Shown here in pieces: positions 60,391 to 64,000 of a DNA stretch of 64,000 nt. A program made the position numbers and the translations under genes. The notes beneath the pieces are model-generated. The model did no database searches. It was not told the DNA's origin and saw only the letters and a program-made list of their open reading frames with translations. Source of the DNA: a virus (Duplodnaviria; Caudoviricetes); the IMG/VR virus record IMGVR_UViG_3300013121_000037, positions 32,001 to 96,000 of that record, one strand, 5' to 3'. How positions within the stretch are numbered: position 1 is the stretch's first letter; the number at the start of each line of letters is the position of its first letter.

Positions 60391-60612
60391 GATACCGTGA
60401 CAAATTACCGTGACAGTCAGAGGTGTTTTTCCCTAAGTCAGTATCCCCGACAGGATTCGAACCTGTAACCTTCGGCTCCGGAGGCCGACGCCACCACAGC
60501 GCAAACTCACTGTCAAATAACAACTTGTGGCAAAAACACCACTGCACACCTACCATCGTTTTATAGCGGTTTTCGCCAGTTGGCAAGCGATACCGTGACA
60601 GATACCGTGACA
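60391..60612. other. attP: tRNA-derived core flanked by paired TACCGTGACA arm-type repeats
   Basis: TACCGTGACA at 60393, 60406, 60591 and 60603. Confidence 0.8.
60441..60490 (-). tRNA. 3' fragment of tRNA-Arg(CCG) forming the att core; not a complete tRNA
   Basis: Anticodon arm tcggc-ctCCGga-gccga; T-arm acagg-ttcgaat-cctgt; no D-arm or 5' acceptor strand. Confidence 0.85.
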
Positions 60613-60883
60613 GGGAACTGCGCAAAAGTAGACTGTCTAGTTTTGCGCAGTCAGGTGGGTAGCCAGGTAATGCCCGGTTCGCTGCCACCGTGCCAGGACA
60701 GGTGCAGCACGCGCAGGGAGCGGAAGCCAGGACCGTCGAACAGACACCAGAAACGTGCGCCTTCGCGGTCAGCGTGCAGGATGGCCGCAGTCAGGCGGTC
60801 GCGGTAAGCGGTCGGGATGCCAGGGCGACGGCGCAGGCACCGTATCAGGTCCTGCGCCGTCTCTGCCGTGGTCTGAAAGTGGG

Positions 60884-61216
60884 TCATGGGCGAATCTGCT
60901 CGCTGGCTTGCCACACATCCACGCTGCCGCGCATCGCAGGCAGTTGCCGCGCACGCGGACGAATGTCATCGCCATCACCGATCCACTCCACCGGCACCTT
61001 GCGGCCACGTCCAGCAACCACGAAGACAACATGGGTTTCCCCGCGCGACTGAAGCCAGTCGCGTGCATCTTCCGCCTGCGCAAAACCAATGAAACCTTTC
61101 GGTGTACCCAGTACCACCGCCACGTTGCCGCTGCTGGTCGGTTCGCCATCTGGAGTCCGAATGTCCTTGCCAGCGGGCAGGTCGAAATCAACAGAGTTGT
61201 TGAACAAACGAATCAT
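60884..61216 (-). CDS. Hypothetical protein
   Basis: 110-aa ORF with a purine-rich leader. Confidence 0.5.
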   Translation of the reverse strand: MIRLFNNSVDFDLPAGKDIRTPDGEPTSSGNVAVVLGTPKGFIGFAQAEDARDWLQSRGETHVVFVVAGRGRKVPVEWIGDGDDIRPRARQLPAMRGSVDVWQASEQIRP

Positions 61217-61346
61217 CGTTCCACCCCTTTGCTATCACCGGGCGACTGCTACACAATCTTATTCGTCGCTCACGATGATATATTTTAAGAAAATTCAGGT
61301 GGACTGTCAAGGCACTGCGCAAAATGTAACTGTCGAGTTTGCGCAG

Positions 61347-61865
61347 TCAGGAGCGTGCCGTCAGTTGCTCCAGCATGGCGGTGGCCCGCTGGTGCAGGTT
61401 TTTGGCCGCTTCCAGGTTGCCCCTGCGGTTCTTGATGGCCCGCCTCAGCAGGACGGCGGCTTCCTCCAGTTGCTCCAGCAGTCGCAGGGAGCGGACCGCC
61501 TGCGCCGTCTTCTCCTCCTCGTTCTGCACGCGCTCGAGGATGTCGGTGGGCACCAGAGGCATCAGGGCAATGCCGTCATGGGTGGGCACGCCGTTGCGAC
61601 CACGGTGAACCCGGAAGGCCAGTTTGGGTGCGATTTTCTCCAGGTTCTCGTAGCGCCACAAATCCTGCGGATGCTCCAGCGGTTCCTTGAGGGCCTGGCG
61701 CAGGTCCATCTCGTTGAGGACTGCATCCTGGGAGAGAATGAAGGCCGGTTTGCCGCGCTGGGGTTTCTTTTTCGCCTGGTGGGCTGGACTGCCGGTAGGG
61801 CAATCAGTCCAGTCGGGGAACAGCCAGGGATTGATGATTGAAATGCGGATGCGAAGTGGGTACAT
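61347..61865 (-). CDS. Hypothetical protein
   Basis: Stop abuts palindrome 61314; start uncertain. Confidence 0.5.
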   Translation of the reverse strand: MYPLRIRISIINPWLFPDWTDCPTGSPAHQAKKKPQRGKPAFILSQDAVLNEMDLRQALKEPLEHPQDLWRYENLEKIAPKLAFRVHRGRNGVPTHDGIALMPLVPTDILERVQNEEEKTAQAVRSLRLLEQLEEAAVLLRRAIKNRRGNLEAAKNLHQRATAMLEQLTARS

Positions 61866-62012
61866 TGAGGACGCACCGCTGGTCCGGGTGTGGCTGCACC
61901 CCGACCAGGGGGCCGCGGGACCTGCCGACCGCTACTCGGCGAGGTCCTCTTTTCTTTGAGAGTCTACTGACCCTTGTACTCACTTCGTCATCCTGACGCA
62001 ACGGCGGGAAAA

Positions 62013-62405
62013 TTACTCCGGACGTGGCAGACCGTGGTGGTTGGTCCGCACCCAACCAACATGGCGAAAGATGGCGGTTTTCTTCACGCTGCCATCGGGT
62101 TGAGTTTCCTCCACCGTTTCCCTCTTCGTAAAGGAGTGCAGGGGGATGATACCCACCCGAAATAACTCTGTCTCCAGTTCCGGGATGAGATAGCCAGCGC
62201 CGCCGATCATCGCATGCGTGGCATTGTGCATCAGAGCAATGTTCGCCAGTTGCCTGGCCCGCTGACTGATAACACGGTCATTTGGCAGGTCGTTGAAGGT
62301 CAGGGCGTCCTGCACCACCTTCTTCGGCGGGCTGGTTGGTTCGAAAACTCCAGCGGCAATCTGCTCGGGCGTGGCGACGTGCTGAGTGAGATTCAGAATC
62401 TTCAT
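62013..62405 (-). CDS. Phage hypothetical protein (ILNLTQH family)
   Basis: MKILNLTQHVATPEQIAAGV..AMIGGA..FRHVGWV. Confidence 0.65.
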   Translation of the reverse strand: MKILNLTQHVATPEQIAAGVFEPTSPPKKVVQDALTFNDLPNDRVISQRARQLANIALMHNATHAMIGGAGYLIPELETELFRVGIIPLHSFTKRETVEETQPDGSVKKTAIFRHVGWVRTNHHGLPRPE

Positions 62406-63533
62406 GGCCAATACTCCCAGGTCATCAGAAATAATGTGTACAAAACAATTACGCATGGGCGAAGCAACTGCTTACAGTTCCGGGCGGCAATCCGGCAGGT
62501 ACTCGTTGGTATCCAACCAGTACCGCTTGCCACTGGTCGGGTAAACCAGGATGTCCACCACCCGACAGGTTTCTGCCAGGGCCACCACACTATCGCGGTC
62601 AGTCCAGTGACAATGCGGGTGGTCTGTATGCGACTGTAATTCAAAGCAGTCTGTTTCGACCACCAGCACCACATGGCCGAACCAGCGAGCGCAGTGCAGG
62701 TGTGGTGATAACCCAACCCCTCGCTGCGTTCTGGTCTGCTGCGAGTCATGCAGTTGCATGTCCTCGCGAGCAGTCCCGTGGTAAAAACGCATCGTTCATT
62801 TCCTCTTGCGGACTGGGAACCGCTCCCCACAGTGGGGAGTGCATTACAGGGTGGGCGTCCCTGTCCTCTGCATTACTCGCCACGCGCCAGGGCGGCCAGC
62901 ACCGCCCGCCGCAACTGGCGGTCGCCAATCCGACTCACCGCCACCTCCAACCGGTGCCCATGTGCAACCGCACCATGCACCTGCCGTACCAGCATCCGAA
63001 CAACAGTTTTCATCGCATCACCTCTTGTGTTGGCGTCCGTCTCGCCTGACACAAGTAATTCGCTGCTCACTGGCAGATATTTAACAGCAATCCGAGATTC
63101 TTTGTACAGATATGGATATGTGTACAGTAGTGAGCAAAACTAGACTGTCTAGTTTTGCTCAGCGCGGATTGCGTGAAATATTCAACCTTGACTTGCGAAT
63201 AATTTAACAGTAGGACAGATGGCAGTCGCCCACAACCGCCAGAGCAACCACCCATGCTTGACCCAACGAAACCCGTTGACATGCCATCCATTGGCAGTCG
63301 CCCCGCTGGACAGATCGCCTACTATGGTTGTACAAGGTGCCAGTGTCAGCATTTTGAAGGCACCAGACTGTTCCAGGAACACCTGCACTGGCAGTCGAGG
63401 CACGGCATCCAGGAAATGTGCCGCGCCGCCTACCTGCGGCAACTGGCGCAAACCAACTAAACTGTCTAGTTTTGCGCGGCGCGGATTGCGTGAAATATCT
63501 ATCCTTGAACTGACAGTCGCCCAATAGCGAGGA

Positions 63534-63806
63534 GTGAAGACGATGATTCTTAGCATCCGACAGGTTGAGATTGAGAATGAGGACACTGGCGAAACCACCG
63601 TTGGCTATCGCCTGTGCAATGCAGACGGACAAGGTTACGGCGACGTGAGTCGTGCTGTTGATATCAATGGATACCACCGTATGCCACGCTCGCGGCCTCA
63701 CCCAGCGCTGGGCGTGTTCGCCACCCGCGAAGAGGCTGTGGACATGCTGGAGCAACTTGGTGCGGAACTGGCCGAGAAATGCTGTGGTGCCTTTGAGGTG
63801 GCGTGA
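63534..63806 (+). CDS. Hypothetical protein
   Basis: GTG start after gaggag; coupled to the next gene. Confidence 0.5.
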   Translation: MKTMILSIRQVEIENEDTGETTVGYRLCNADGQGYGDVSRAVDINGYHRMPRSRPHPALGVFATREEAVDMLEQLGAELAEKCCGAFEVA

Positions 63807-64000
63807 TGTCCAAGAAGCAAAAGTCGTTACTGACTGAACTCACCAGAGAGCAATGTGCCTGGCTCGCTGGTGTCATCGACTCCAGTGGCTACTTTGCCGC
63901 CCGCCGCGATGAGGATACCGGTTATCTGCGTTGCCGCTTTGCACTGACCGGTCGCCGGGACTTGCTGGAAATCGCCCACAACCTGTTCGCGGGCGGCAAG
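63806..64000 (+). CDS. LAGLIDADG-like endonuclease, truncated by the window edge
   Basis: AWLAGVIDSSGYF motif. Confidence 0.55.
   Translation, partial: MSKKQKSLLTELTREQCAWLAGVIDSSGYFAARRDEDTGYLRCRFALTGRRDLLEIAHNLFAGGK

Larger units (their letters stand above)
3530..63480. repeat. Dispersed 35-bp imperfect palindrome family (~35 copies), consensus actgcgcaaaa-N5-cwg-N5-ttttgcgcagt
   Basis: Copy starts: 3530, 5222, 7541, 9553 (degenerate), 10908, 13938, 15457, 18106, 18194, 19120, 21362, 22141, 23884, 25889, 26336, 26912, 27873, 27930, 33362, 34786, 35763, 37721, 39088, 42989, 45406, 48516, 50381, 52178, 53445, 55167, 58973, 60617, 61314, 63129, 63443 (degenerate). Confidence 0.97.

Noticed and set aside
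60441-60520. Complete tRNA gene
   Set aside because: D-arm and 5' acceptor strand are absent; this is an att core only.
3530-63480. 35-bp palindromes as CRISPR repeats
   Set aside because: Dispersed at irregular, mostly kb-scale spacing with whole genes between them; no uniform spacers.

Overview
A 64-kb segment of a large temperate bacteriophage, probably from a Planctomycetota host (inferred from a TIGR02996-type protein, two MTETEWL...GPHVRGCW proteins and a CsrA paralog). Nearly all genes are on the minus strand. It appears unintegrated: a tyrosine integrase and xis lie next to an intact attP (3' half of tRNA-Arg(CCG), arm repeats on both sides), with phage-like DNA continuing beyond. 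Modules: virion-associated polyvalent proteins (a portal fused to an ADP-ribosyltransferase, a GNAT protein, a 2295-aa protein with two ARTs and a Nudix domain); terminase; replication and nucleotide metabolism (dnaN, primase, two helicases, Rad52-like, RusA-like, thyX, dcd, three MTases); two tnpB-only IS200/IS605 elements. Three features stand out. (1) A Cas7/RAMP-like gene is followed by non-coding arrays of strictly phased NN-GGY pentamers (7 units, ~85 pentamers): a candidate RNA-guided, VIPR-like system with an accessory gene. (2) About 35 copies of a 35-bp imperfect palindrome (TGNNCAAAA-N5-CWG-N5-TTTTGNNCA) sit at gene boundaries and in frame at protein-module junctions. (3) Effector modules follow a repeating order: palindrome, HAPKGG tag, toxin domain, putative inhibitor peptide. 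All calls come from reading motifs by eye; no database searches were run.
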